Assembly: GCA_051747585.1 (NCBI GenBank)
Contig: JBNJGH010000001.1
Coordinates: 1 to 60,632, forward strand
Direction: 5' to 3'
Length of the DNA: 60,632 nucleotides
Origin: Candidatus Rifleibacteriota bacterium
GTDB taxonomy: Bacteria > Muiribacteriota > Ozemobacteria > Ozemobacterales > Ozemobacteraceae
Below, piece after piece: positions 10,501 through 17,500 of the stretch. The notes under the pieces are model-generated. The model did no database searches. It was not told the DNA's origin and was given only the letters and a program-made list of their open reading frames with translations. Position 1 is the stretch's first letter. Every line of letters starts with the position of its first letter. The translations under genes were made by a program, and so were the position numbers.

Positions 10501-13437
10501 ACCGATAAGCCTTTCAGTTTCAATGTGGAACCGGGAACAGCTACACTTACAATCAAACTTGCCCAGGCTCCGGATTCGTTACCGATTCATCTGCATTTTA
10601 TGCAGAGCAATTCAACCGTAGCATCTTTCACTCTTGCAGATGGTGTTGACTTTGATTCGGCTACAAATGCAGCGACCTTTACCTGGTCTGCTGCTAATGG
10701 CCCGAATCCATCCGCGCCAACTACATATCAGGTTAAACTGGTAGACGATGCGGGTGATTTCTCTCTTGAATCCTACAACTGGACAATGGATGCTTCTGCA
10801 CCTGTTGTCCTTTCTGAGCCTGTTATTACCCGAGGAGTTGTTGCTACCTCTGCGGTATACTTCAACCCGGACTTGCATGATTATATCAATGTAAGATTTA
10901 ACAGTGCCGAGACAGAAGCGCCGAGACTCAGAATTAGAGGTGCCAATTCAACCGATACTTATAATCTTACTTCTTCAGGCACAGGCAGATGGAGTTGTAA
11001 TTTCGAAGGTAGATACAGCCGCGGCAGTGATCCTAAATCATATATGCCTGACGGAACCTATAACCTGGATATGGTTGACTCGGCTGGAAATGTGAGTGTT
11101 CTTGCTTCAGGTTCGCCGATTGTCTACGATGTAGTCATTGATACAGACAGGCCGGGTATAGCTTCTTACAATATTCTACTTAACGGAAATCCGGTAACTT
11201 CATTCTCACCAAGTGCAGGTGATCTGGAAATTCAGGTATACTCTCCCGAAACTCTTGATGAGCAGGGAATCTTCCAGGTTGAAGTTCTCAACAGCTCAAA
11301 CGTTAGAATTCGTCAGCTTGGATTAAGCAATGTAGGCGGAATTTATACAGCATACTGGGATGGAAAAAATAAAAGTGGGGACATGGTAAACGATGGTGAC
11401 TATAAGTTGAAGGCAATTGATTATACTGGAAATACAGCGACTGATTCGGTGTCAATCTTTGCTTTGACGACTGACTTTACAGCTACCGGAATTACGCAAA
11501 TAAGTTCTACTTCCGCCAAGATATGGTTTAATCATGAAATAGATGCTTCCAGTCTTGCGAGTGCTTCGATAACGACAGCAGGACTTACGGTCAGTAATAT
11601 TGCTAAGGCTGAAGCTCAGGCAATAAGCTTTGATGTCGCGCCGAATTTTGCTGACCAGAACTATGATTTCGAAATTGCCACCGGGACAGTCAGAAGCATC
11701 TATGGTGCTACGATCGATGAGCCCAACAATACTCTGAGCTTAACGGCAGATGGAACAGGTCCCAAACTTGTAGAAGTAAATTTTGAGGACCTTTCCGGGC
11801 AGCAGGAATTTATAGTTGTCTTTGACGAAACTTATTCTTCAACCAGTGCCGGTAATAAATCAAATTACAGTCTTGCCGGACCAGATGGGGCAGTTGGAAT
11901 AGCTCAGGTTACCACTCAGTCAAATAAGAAAACAGTTTTAATAACTGCTGAAGAAAATTTGATCGAAAATGCTGATTACGAGATTGCTGTTGATAATATC
12001 GAAGATAAATACGGCAATATATCACCAGCTTCAAATACTCTCAGCTTTAAGGGCCGAGATCTTACTCCGCCTGAACTTGAAGTTTCAGCATTTTCCAATC
12101 CGGCGAATGAGAATGATATCATAGTCGTAGTTGTAAGTAATGAAGAGTTGAAGTCCGCTCCGGAACTTCAGATTGCTCAAAGCAATGCTCCATTGGTAAC
12201 TACATCTATGCAGCAGGGATCAAACCCGTTAGCTTATATGATTGGCGTCCATCTGAGCTCTTCTTACCCGGGCAATGGCACACTCAAAGCCACTGCCGAA
12301 GATCTTGCGGGTAATCAGGGGTCAGGCAGTGCAGAATTTGCTGTTGCTTATCTGAGTGCTAATCAAGTGGCTTCAATTATTTCGGCAGATAAACTGGTCA
12401 GTGTCGACTTCTCGGCTAACAGCCTCACAGAAGACGCTCTGGTAAAAATAATGGCTCATCGACTGGAAAAAGACCAAAATGGTTCGGGCAGAATTCTGAA
12501 TTCATTACAGGTTCAGGCCAGACAGACTCTTGGAATGCGTGCCAATACCGCAGAAGAAAGTCACATAAATCAAGATGAGCTTATCGTTGTCTCTGATGCT
12601 TATGAAGTATCTGTAGCTTCGGCAAAAATCAAAGATGGTTTTCATGTATTCATGAAACTGAAATCTGCAACGGATACTCAGGGGCTTGGCATGTTTTACC
12701 AACAGAACGATAATTGGAAATTTGTCAGCTCAGGTTTGACCCGCGAGCGAGAGTATGCAGCCAAAGTAAGAAAAACTCAGGTTTTTGCCATAATGCGTGA
12801 TGTCAAGGCTCCTGAAGTCAGTATTGATTCAGATATAGATTTGAATGATCCTTTTAGAACCGCAAGACCCGAGTTTAGAGGAAGGGTTTCAGACGCTGGT
12901 TCAGGCATAGATTTAGATAGCGTAACTGCTCATATTGATTCAGGGCCTGCACAGCTGGTTGAGGTAGATTCTTCCGGTGGCTTCGTATTCCGCCCAATGG
13001 CCGACCTTACCGGTGGCAGGCATACTCTTGAAATAAGAGCTGCAGATAACACTGGTAACCAGTCACAGATGACTCCGGTAAGGTTTGAAGTTTCAGTTCC
13101 GTTGAAAATTACTCAAATCATTCAATATCCTAATCCGGCAAGAAACAGAGCTTACATAAGAATCAGCGCTAATCGTGGAGATATTGGAACAGATCTGGTT
13201 AAGGTTAAATTATACGATGTTTCCGGCGATAAGATCAGAACTGTGTATGGAATAAGGGGTGTTAATGAAAGATGGGGAATTAATGCCAGGTATTTATATG
13301 ATATTCCATGGGATTTGTGTGATTCAAAAGGTCGCAAGGTTGCTAACGGGGTTTATTTTGCCAGAATCGAAATTAGAGACCCGGATAACCCGGCTAAAAA
13401 GGTCAAAGAAACCTTCAAGCTGGCTGTTTTGAGGTAA
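1570..13437 (+). CDS. Giant secreted surface protein 1 (tandem Ig-like repeats, internal FlgD-Ig domain, C-terminal T9SS-type-A/FlgD-like sorting domain)
   Basis: 3955 aa with Sec signal (...EVAKA|DF) and many 'D.AGN...IDN..P' Ig-like units. Internal 'YWDGKNKSGDMVNDGDY'. C-terminus 'QYPNPARN...LYDVSGDKIRT...WDLCDSKGRKVANGVYFARI...KLAVLR'. GGAG RBS. Confidence 0.9.
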   Translation: MKRLNVLFFALLIIFNFYTIEVAKADFEMINVQVSLQNDADANGYVNQGDTIRCRCNAVVDPGDSPDGWQVPPTVDLSNIGMSSVTMNDQGGDTYQVDVVLNNWNQNINYQSEIITFYAISANDLVLREYDVSVVFDLCQVEGTGASASPNNAGIGSTLFIEITDNKYQSDPSGGTVATVNLEPIGLNATTPLTYQGAGVFSVTTDPIPEGINYTGPLTITLNDPMIGHPAIGYQTNNINVDTAGPDVDFNATTVVIQSGNATAIPGDVLRITAGVNTYDNETVTVSNADLDAVAANPPLAGGLAMPLISSSGIGNPATWQVDVTLSEDDLKNTSLPITFTFEDDMGNVSTVTRYVPIDLDKPNMVDSSVNIMLPDGAYSSLDVATTSCTLEMVSTITVDVGPDPLTVTIDLSPIGGASDQPMSQFGLSDQYKATYLIGQGAIEDGAQHTFVVSARDDAGNLVAQATTPVIRIDNNPPVISGASLSSDDAYIGVDDTFTIECTATGVENGSVTVDLSTIGLSHIANLPNVGGNTYRSSFILPDSRDPGVPGVVDELKGFKISVNDTVYPGDVTGHIEEADTNMMMVDNEPPTILDTRSVYSHNYNTSVDDGFVRIGDSLSFHARVASDPISVKINMAALGQSNAETMIASAAPSDGLDGWYDYNLYGGVATGTFNQAVGVPFTVTLKDDANNATTTQILIDIDNKPVEINGFEVNVSYKPGRSDPDPSIINLNKTLDIRVPFNIPIPVDNATGTIDLSEIGGSSAALMNVSNGSYSISIDTSESSFDSAGHKFRAVIADEAGNLSVANSSVYQVDCQPPAILNATVEQTSGGAVAIVGDTLKFRAEVENNESVLPTVDLSDIGGNSEQELASAGGGWYEYIATIQNGNLDEVTNASWTITAWDDDYNYATASTNIISVDNYGPDLVDGLDLEINGSSVTTLSTIKIGDVLDFTLDINNTVGTGPAVIDLRAVGGAASQTMVYNNATSAYSLNFTAGVATDEYTDYKFVAYVDDENANRVTTQSPNVPVVDCQPITFSNSDIGIYEDNGDNPVSGIANIGDEIIVYTTALNYADAVASATIGSGTSDFESAVMTFNSSTNRHEAVFTVKEPGVDGWGTLTGSTSKLYFKLTGLDDIGNLTETGRATSSFTLRNVNPEIDYSNTGFALDPNSYLETAGGYKVFNLASDTVGDRLIASITFADSLPIHRAWLDFSELGTGTVEMIESGAKAETSAAGVAVSDLPELNYVKKTVYMYAQDEAGNISSASETFWIDNVAPSLTKATFDGETIQVSLSETYSNLVYKNFELVGSNPPPLNTPVYLDFTTASPTVLEDLTSFEMKLNHDHQKEVAQWASTPVYLKVTDTNVATAPLTDLSGNWLPNVDYYPVTITDSLWREPAQITQFTVTQNWPASVTLDIFFNKDMDKISVVASDAVFLTSPITYDFTGIDYTTGYVLQPEDVATISWPLDNHMRISLSEDGRDWVARKLGNGSTKLYFANRSAGHTFAYDSLGKPMDNVPTSAPIEAVDNRPTPSFDFYGPPNAPFLNLASKTLILTANDRLLLSHSDFDVNDSLLPDMGMPEPTNNNRVTDFFNKAVLHDIDNGTSRTLELQGLDISINDEFASSTVTLHLTDDDFKNILDMFEANHAPLWRMAIGAGAFTNLWNTPSTAYLPSGNPGAIKLATPTVYTAVTFAACSMNDKPPVNQKNSGDLLFDIEVYPPDFDGVSIPLQYQVEPKVSIVNQNDGSLISSGTFVSYSERTVDGKLRSMFRFSNTSDFPTNLQRVPAEIEVNDITDIFGNTYSVTASYAYDLNTRNDSLPEGYSDTASAPIEIDTQKPVVSTIIPSDVIGESPAGSAFKVLFDEEMDTAFTPVLSLATDSRTIGFTFTGWTATATANFTSNSAFTPSLPNGLWYYEVTGGQDISGNAHAGTAENAFPVQVRTYAPEVSVGNITLRATQPNISATNYVVDQPWASQLSDGIFSITYDNPPTQFLPHYLEIFDPSDDTRLGRVEITVDDVTGLATATFSDSDFYAAPVYPGDTGPTTYFTRIVDSAMNQTASISSLVYDNLSPDLATFTLSGIGSETADTWYYRPTSGNFTANVVTTSTTDKLRLGLYSDATGATTTISLNPGALPGEYNVQTGSSLTDGDYKLTVLDLAGNMGTGLASRKLVVDSTQPAVTAIYPDDIVGNCPFGGTEFRVVFSEKMDADPAYTPVLELATSATSISLQFDSWADPDIATTAIYTNAEPVVSTMPAGIYDYSVTGGVDLAHNNLSEPAAGSFKVEVQSEGPFARIDNYTLQPHIYNSAQKNIAFNPDYGGGSATLRIDYSGGPFNTPHDLRVYNSSDNQVATYSGLPSGDPIEIQLYDSDVGSWTWATGPSDGTYRFRIADSLGNISGSSLPEAFKFDTASPSMSSFNMESYGIATDTGAGLVWYYSPEYGAATFTITTYGNDEVRLLVTNTTNATYTKDMSGTGTYHQCQYGDSLADGIYAVSVVDLAGNFDIGSFTPLMVESTRPTVSSVNPILAGGVKAGEGIFELTFNEHMNTNVAPTANLASDAAVIPLTFVSWLSTDTVRFTNTNDLDVYPTATYSYHISGARDLAGNLNEDPATGSFEIQMFTTPPSVTATLRSQQHLLTGLTELFDQPYSPDVPGVASLSIRYQQGPYQVPHSLLVYNSSNVQVATLTINPDVANQTATATVNAWFFGSPGNNGPLNYSFRLMDSIGNLSATSTTTIVYDALEPEIGTGTITNVSDASSDPLYYNEQLHGDLQVVYETNTADPLRMLLLNGVATYSYDMTVDPLTDIHNVAVSQASASTLAEGAYVLTAADMAGNFAIGDASYTPLIVDRTPPSVDSVVADEEPLPTSEAGGATFTVTFNESMSELGSQEPSLSLATESKTISCSFESWINSTQARFVTAEAIEPDIPQGIYNCSVTGWDLTGNKVATSTADTMEIRSRGPVIDEIYAQSYQSTTASDSSEILTDKPFSFNVEPGTATLTIKLAQAPDSLPIHLHFMQSNSTVASFTLADGVDFDSATNAATFTWSAANGPNPSAPTTYQVKLVDDAGDFSLESYNWTMDASAPVVLSEPVITRGVVATSAVYFNPDLHDYINVRFNSAETEAPRLRIRGANSTDTYNLTSSGTGRWSCNFEGRYSRGSDPKSYMPDGTYNLDMVDSAGNVSVLASGSPIVYDVVIDTDRPGIASYNILLNGNPVTSFSPSAGDLEIQVYSPETLDEQGIFQVEVLNSSNVRIRQLGLSNVGGIYTAYWDGKNKSGDMVNDGDYKLKAIDYTGNTATDSVSIFALTTDFTATGITQISSTSAKIWFNHEIDASSLASASITTAGLTVSNIAKAEAQAISFDVAPNFADQNYDFEIATGTVRSIYGATIDEPNNTLSLTADGTGPKLVEVNFEDLSGQQEFIVVFDETYSSTSAGNKSNYSLAGPDGAVGIAQVTTQSNKKTVLITAEENLIENADYEIAVDNIEDKYGNISPASNTLSFKGRDLTPPELEVSAFSNPANENDIIVVVVSNEELKSAPELQIAQSNAPLVTTSMQQGSNPLAYMIGVHLSSSYPGNGTLKATAEDLAGNQGSGSAEFAVAYLSANQVASIISADKLVSVDFSANSLTEDALVKIMAHRLEKDQNGSGRILNSLQVQARQTLGMRANTAEESHINQDELIVVSDAYEVSVASAKIKDGFHVFMKLKSATDTQGLGMFYQQNDNWKFVSSGLTREREYAAKVRKTQVFAIMRDVKAPEVSIDSDIDLNDPFRTARPEFRGRVSDAGSGIDLDSVTAHIDSGPAQLVEVDSSGGFVFRPMADLTGGRHTLEIRAADNTGNQSQMTPVRFEVSVPLKITQIIQYPNPARNRAYIRISANRGDIGTDLVKVKLYDVSGDKIRTVYGIRGVNERWGINARYLYDIPWDLCDSKGRKVANGVYFARIEIRDPDNPAKKVKETFKLAVLR

Positions 13438-13440
13438 ATA

Positions 13441-14184
13441 ATGCAGAAAATTAATAAACAGCTGTTCAAAATTTTATTTTCACTCCTGGCTGCCGCTATT
13501 TTCATGGCTATTGGCTGCGGTGGCGGCGGAGGAGGTAGTGGGCGACAGGTTTTGCCTGGAGAAAATCCAACAGGTCCTGTTATTGTTACAGGTACCGGCA
13601 CGGGAACGGATACGGGAACGGGAACTGGAACCGGCACTGGTACGGGTACCGGCACAACCGTTGAAGAAAAACTCGAAGCCGGCTGGGAAGCTATGGATAA
13701 TGGTAATTACGGTGGCGCTATTCTTTACTTTGAAAGCATTATCGGCGATTCCGACGCTACCACTGAAGAACGCCAGCAGGCTTATAACGGCAGAGGCTGG
13801 GCCAGAGTGAAAAACTACGATACTTTAGCCGGTATGTCTGATTTCATTCAGGCGGGCGATATACTCGAATCATTACTTGGTTATGCAATGGCTTTAGTTC
13901 AGCAGGGCAAACAATCAGGAATTGCTCAAGCTGTAGATATCTTTGAAGATATTGGTCTGGGAGACACAGACTATGAATTAACACTTGAACATCAATCTAT
14001 CGGCGTAACTTCAGCTGAAGCTCATGCAATGCTGGCTTATGCTTACTTCTGGCGTGGGCAGACTGGTGACGATGACCTGGCAAGAGAGCAGATCCTTGCT
14101 GCCAGACAGGAAGACGGCTCAGATACTTCTTCTGTTGCCCAGATTTATAATACGTTGAAAAAGGCCGGTTTAACCGGAATATAA
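13441..14184 (+). CDS. TPR lipoprotein 1 with Gly/Thr-rich linker
   Basis: Lipobox MAIG|C, then poly-Gly, a (TG)n linker and TPR-like helices (AYNGRGWAR; AEAHAMLAYAYFW). Starts 3 nt after the giant 1 stop. Paralog of 24420-25112. Confidence 0.85.
   Translation: MQKINKQLFKILFSLLAAAIFMAIGCGGGGGGSGRQVLPGENPTGPVIVTGTGTGTDTGTGTGTGTGTGTGTTVEEKLEAGWEAMDNGNYGGAILYFESIIGDSDATTEERQQAYNGRGWARVKNYDTLAGMSDFIQAGDILESLLGYAMALVQQGKQSGIAQAVDIFEDIGLGDTDYELTLEHQSIGVTSAEAHAMLAYAYFWRGQTGDDDLAREQILAARQEDGSDTSSVAQIYNTLKKAGLTGI
13588..13656 (+). repeat. (Thr-Gly)n coding repeat
   Basis: TGTGTGTDTGTGTGTGTGTGTGT is encoded by mixed synonymous codons, so it is a protein-level linker and not a DNA microsatellite. Confidence 0.9.
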
Positions 14185-14215
14185 AAATTCTCCCATTGTC
14201 TGGGAGTTAGGGAAA

Positions 14216-14254
14216 AGCCGGAGCTGCTATCAAGCAGTTCCGGCTGTTTTTTTT
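14216..14254 (+). terminator. Rho-independent terminator after lipoprotein 1
   Basis: AGCCGGAGCTGCT-ATCA-AGCAGTTCCGGCT followed by GTTTTTTTT. Confidence 0.85.
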
Positions 14255-14297
14255 CAATATTGTTTAACTATTTTGCCCAACAAAAAAATGTCTAAAA

Positions 14298-14339
14298 TTG
14301 TATTCGTAATCGTATTCGTCGTCGTTGTCGTTGTCGATT
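14298..14339. repeat. Degenerate hexamer tandem repeat (TCGTnn)x7
   Basis: TTGTAT TCGTAA TCGTAT TCGTCG TCGTTG TCGTTG TCGATT. Confidence 0.75.
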
Positions 14340-14366
14340 ATTCACTTCACGCAAAGTCACACATTG

Positions 14367-14438
14367 AGATTGCTTCGCTTCGCTCGCAATGACAATTTGG
14401 TGGCTGTCATTGCGAGGAGCATCGCGACGAAGCAATCT
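14367..14438. repeat. REP-like inverted pair, second copy of the element at 299-460
   Basis: AGATTGCTTCGCTTCGCTCGCAATGACA-ATTTGGTGGC-TGTCATTGCGAGGAGCATCGCGACGAAGCAATCT. Confidence 0.85.
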
Positions 14439-14489
14439 TTTCAGAGAAGCAATTTTTGCTTTACAGGTTCCCGGGATAGAAAAAATTCC

Positions 14490-14517
14490 TACAGGTTTTG
14501 CTACTAAGTGCCGATTA
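14490..14517 (+). promoter_or_regulatory. Putative sigma28-type promoter upstream of giant protein 2
   Basis: TACA(GGTTT..)-N16-GCCGATTA, about 55 nt before the ATG. Confidence 0.5.
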
Positions 14518-14571
14518 ACTAACTGAATAGTCGAAAACTATCAGTTCCACAACCGCGGAGGAACCATTTAT

Positions 14572-17500
14572 ATGGCGATAAAAAAGGCAGACAAAATGTT
14601 AAGACAAAAGGTTTACAGAAGTGTATTGCTTCTTCTGATGATTTTTGCAACCGTTAACGGTGTCTGGGCAAATATTACCAACCAGACGGCTGTTATCTCT
14701 TCAGACTTAAATGGAGACGGTATCGCAGGTATAGGCGATACTATTACTTTTACCTGCCGTTCTACTACAGCTGATCAGGATCAGTATCCCTATGTCAATT
14801 TAAGTCAGTTTGGTAACCCTTATTTTGCCTTGCCTAACATCGCCGGAACTTTTTATTCAGCATTTTTAACCGTTTCTCCGGGTAACATCGAAAATAACAC
14901 AACCCAGACTTTTCAGTTCGTTGATGAAGATGGAGTTAGAATGGGTGGTAGTCTGTTGATAGACAATAGACGCCCATATTCTACTTATGGTCCTTCAGCA
15001 ACCGGCGGTACCGGCACAAGCGGTTATTATAAAATAGGAGATACGCTTCAGCTTGATATTACCATGAATAGCGCTCTCGATGGTGATATTCCGAGAGCGA
15101 ATCTGACCAATATCGGTCTTGGCGCATCTCATATTTTTTCCCGTGTTGGTGGCCCCGACAGTGAGCCGGTTTATCAGCTTGCTTTAACATTTCCAAACAA
15201 TCGCGAAGGTGTTTCAACCGGTATTCAGGTAAGTGCAACTGATGATGCCGGTAACAGTCGCAGCTGGGATTTAGCTGTTAATTATGACACCATTGCTCCA
15301 GAAATTCAGTCTGTTACAGCTGTTAATATGACTACCGGAAAGTCCTGGGTAACTTCAGGAGATACAATTAGAATTCAAGCCGTTATTGACAGCTATGATT
15401 ATGACAAAGTGGTTATGTACAATGATGATTTATTCCCCGGCGGAATAACCATGATAAAAGATTCGGGCGCTGTGGGATCTGAGGCTACTTTTACTTATGA
15501 CTATTATCTGGCAGATGTTCCAGATATTCAAAGCAACTTTGTAACTTTTGAAGTCCGCGCAGAAGATGACGTAGGTAACGAAAGTTCTCCGCGCATTTCA
15601 AATCCGCTTGCTCTGGATAACATTCCACCTGAATTCGCACTTCCTTTCGGTGTTAAGGTTATCGAAAAAGGTGGTATAAAAGGCGATAACATCGCGATCA
15701 TAGGCGACCAGCTACACTTCTACGGAAACCTTTCCAGCATTATGGATGATGTTACCGTTACCGTAGATTTAAGTTCAATTGGTGGAGTCAGCAACCAGAT
15801 TATTCCTTTTAATAATTCAGCGACCACTACCTTTGAACTCTGGTATGACATTCATCAATATACTTCAGATGATGTTTCGCCTCGGGCTTTTACAATTTAT
15901 GCCAAAGATGACGCCGGTAATGAAATCAGCAGAATTACCATGCCTATTGTCTATGTAGACAATGATCCTCCGGTAATCAGTGCCGGCCAGGTTACCAATG
16001 CTTCGCGTGCGGGGCAGACGGTCAGACATGGAGACAATATAGCTATTCAGGCCAATCTGACAGGTATTGACGGAGGATCGATCTGGACGGATTTTACCCG
16101 TATTGGCGGCACTGCAAGTAGCACTCTTACCCCTTATTCAGGCACTACATACAGATTGGAGCATACAGTAGGAGACCCTGCAAGCGGAAAACCCTATGAT
16201 CGAAATGTTCCATTTACGATTTATGCTGCCGATGATGCCGGGAACCTGGTTTATACCGTTTCCAACAGTATCGGCATTGATAACGAAAAACCCGAAATTA
16301 TTGGCGACGCCTACACTTCTTCGCCGGCCATTTCTGGCTCTCACCCTTATGTGAGAGTAGATGATCGTTTGACATTCAAAGTCCAGCTGGCAAGTTCGAG
16401 TGCAAACGTTCATGATAACGAAATTGTTGAAATTGATTTAACTGAATTTGGCGAAACAGTTCCGGTTGAAATGACTTATGATGGTGTTGGTACTTACACT
16501 CTTTCGGTAGATGTGCCTTCAGGTGATCTTAATAATGATCATTATTTTGGCTACAGGGCCGAAGACGATGCCGGGAATGCTGTCTCTGGAGTAATTAAAG
16601 TAAAAATCGACAACAAAAATCCAGATGTCGGCCCCATGGCTGTAAATTTCATGACCGACTTGAATAAATCCGGAGTTGTGAATATTGGTGACAGGCTGGA
16701 ATTTATTGTGCCGGTGCCGGATCAGGACTATGGAACCTGCACCATTGATCTTTCTTATGTTGGCGGCGACAGCGCTTATGTAATGAATTACGACCCGGTT
16801 CTTCAACGCTATTATCTGGTTCATGATTGTGAAGAATCTGCAATGGAAAATACCAGTTATGTTTTCAAGGCTACAGTGAGCGACAAAGCTGGTAACAAAA
16901 TGAATTCCCTTTCAGATACTTTTGAAGTTGATTGCCGACCGCCGGTCATAATGTCTGCTTCGGCTACCGTTCAGCAGCTTTATGGAAAATCAAATGTAGT
17001 CAATGTTGGCGATAAAGTTACAATTCTTGCAGAAGTGGAAAAAGCACGAGTAGATGGCGGCACTCCAAGAGTTAACCTTTCAAGCCTTGGCGGAAGCTCA
17101 TCCCAGAACCTGTATGATGACGGTGCCCATGGTGATAATCTCGCTGATGACGGTATCTATGGTTATGTTCATACAGTTGCTTCGGGCACAACAAACGGAG
17201 AAGATATTGCTCTGACAGTTGAGCTTACTGACAACGCAGGCAATAGAGATATTGCTTCAACAAACACAATGTTTGTCGATAACAAGCCTCTGATTATAAC
17301 AAAATGCGAAAACAATCAGGTTTTCGACAATAATGGTAATACAATTGTCGATCTCGATGGAACCTACACCACCTACCCAAGCGTGGCAACAGATGTCGTA
17401 AGAATTGAAGTCGATATCCAGGGCGATGACGGTGATATGGGCACCCTTACAGTTGATCTAAGCAAACTTGGAATAAATGATACGGCTAGAGAAGTTCCTT

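Noticed and set aside
13174..13182. RGD tripeptide in the giant 1 C-terminal domain
   Set aside because: It is expected by chance in about 4000 aa and is not conserved in giant 2 (RPD).
13353..13655. Minus-strand ORF with (PV)n and poly-Pro
   Set aside because: It is the antisense reading of the (TG)n/poly-Gly linker of lipoprotein 1.
14325..14507. 60-aa ORF (…LRLLRFARND…VIARSIATKQS…)
   Set aside because: It is a translation of the REP-like palindrome, with no RBS or protein features.
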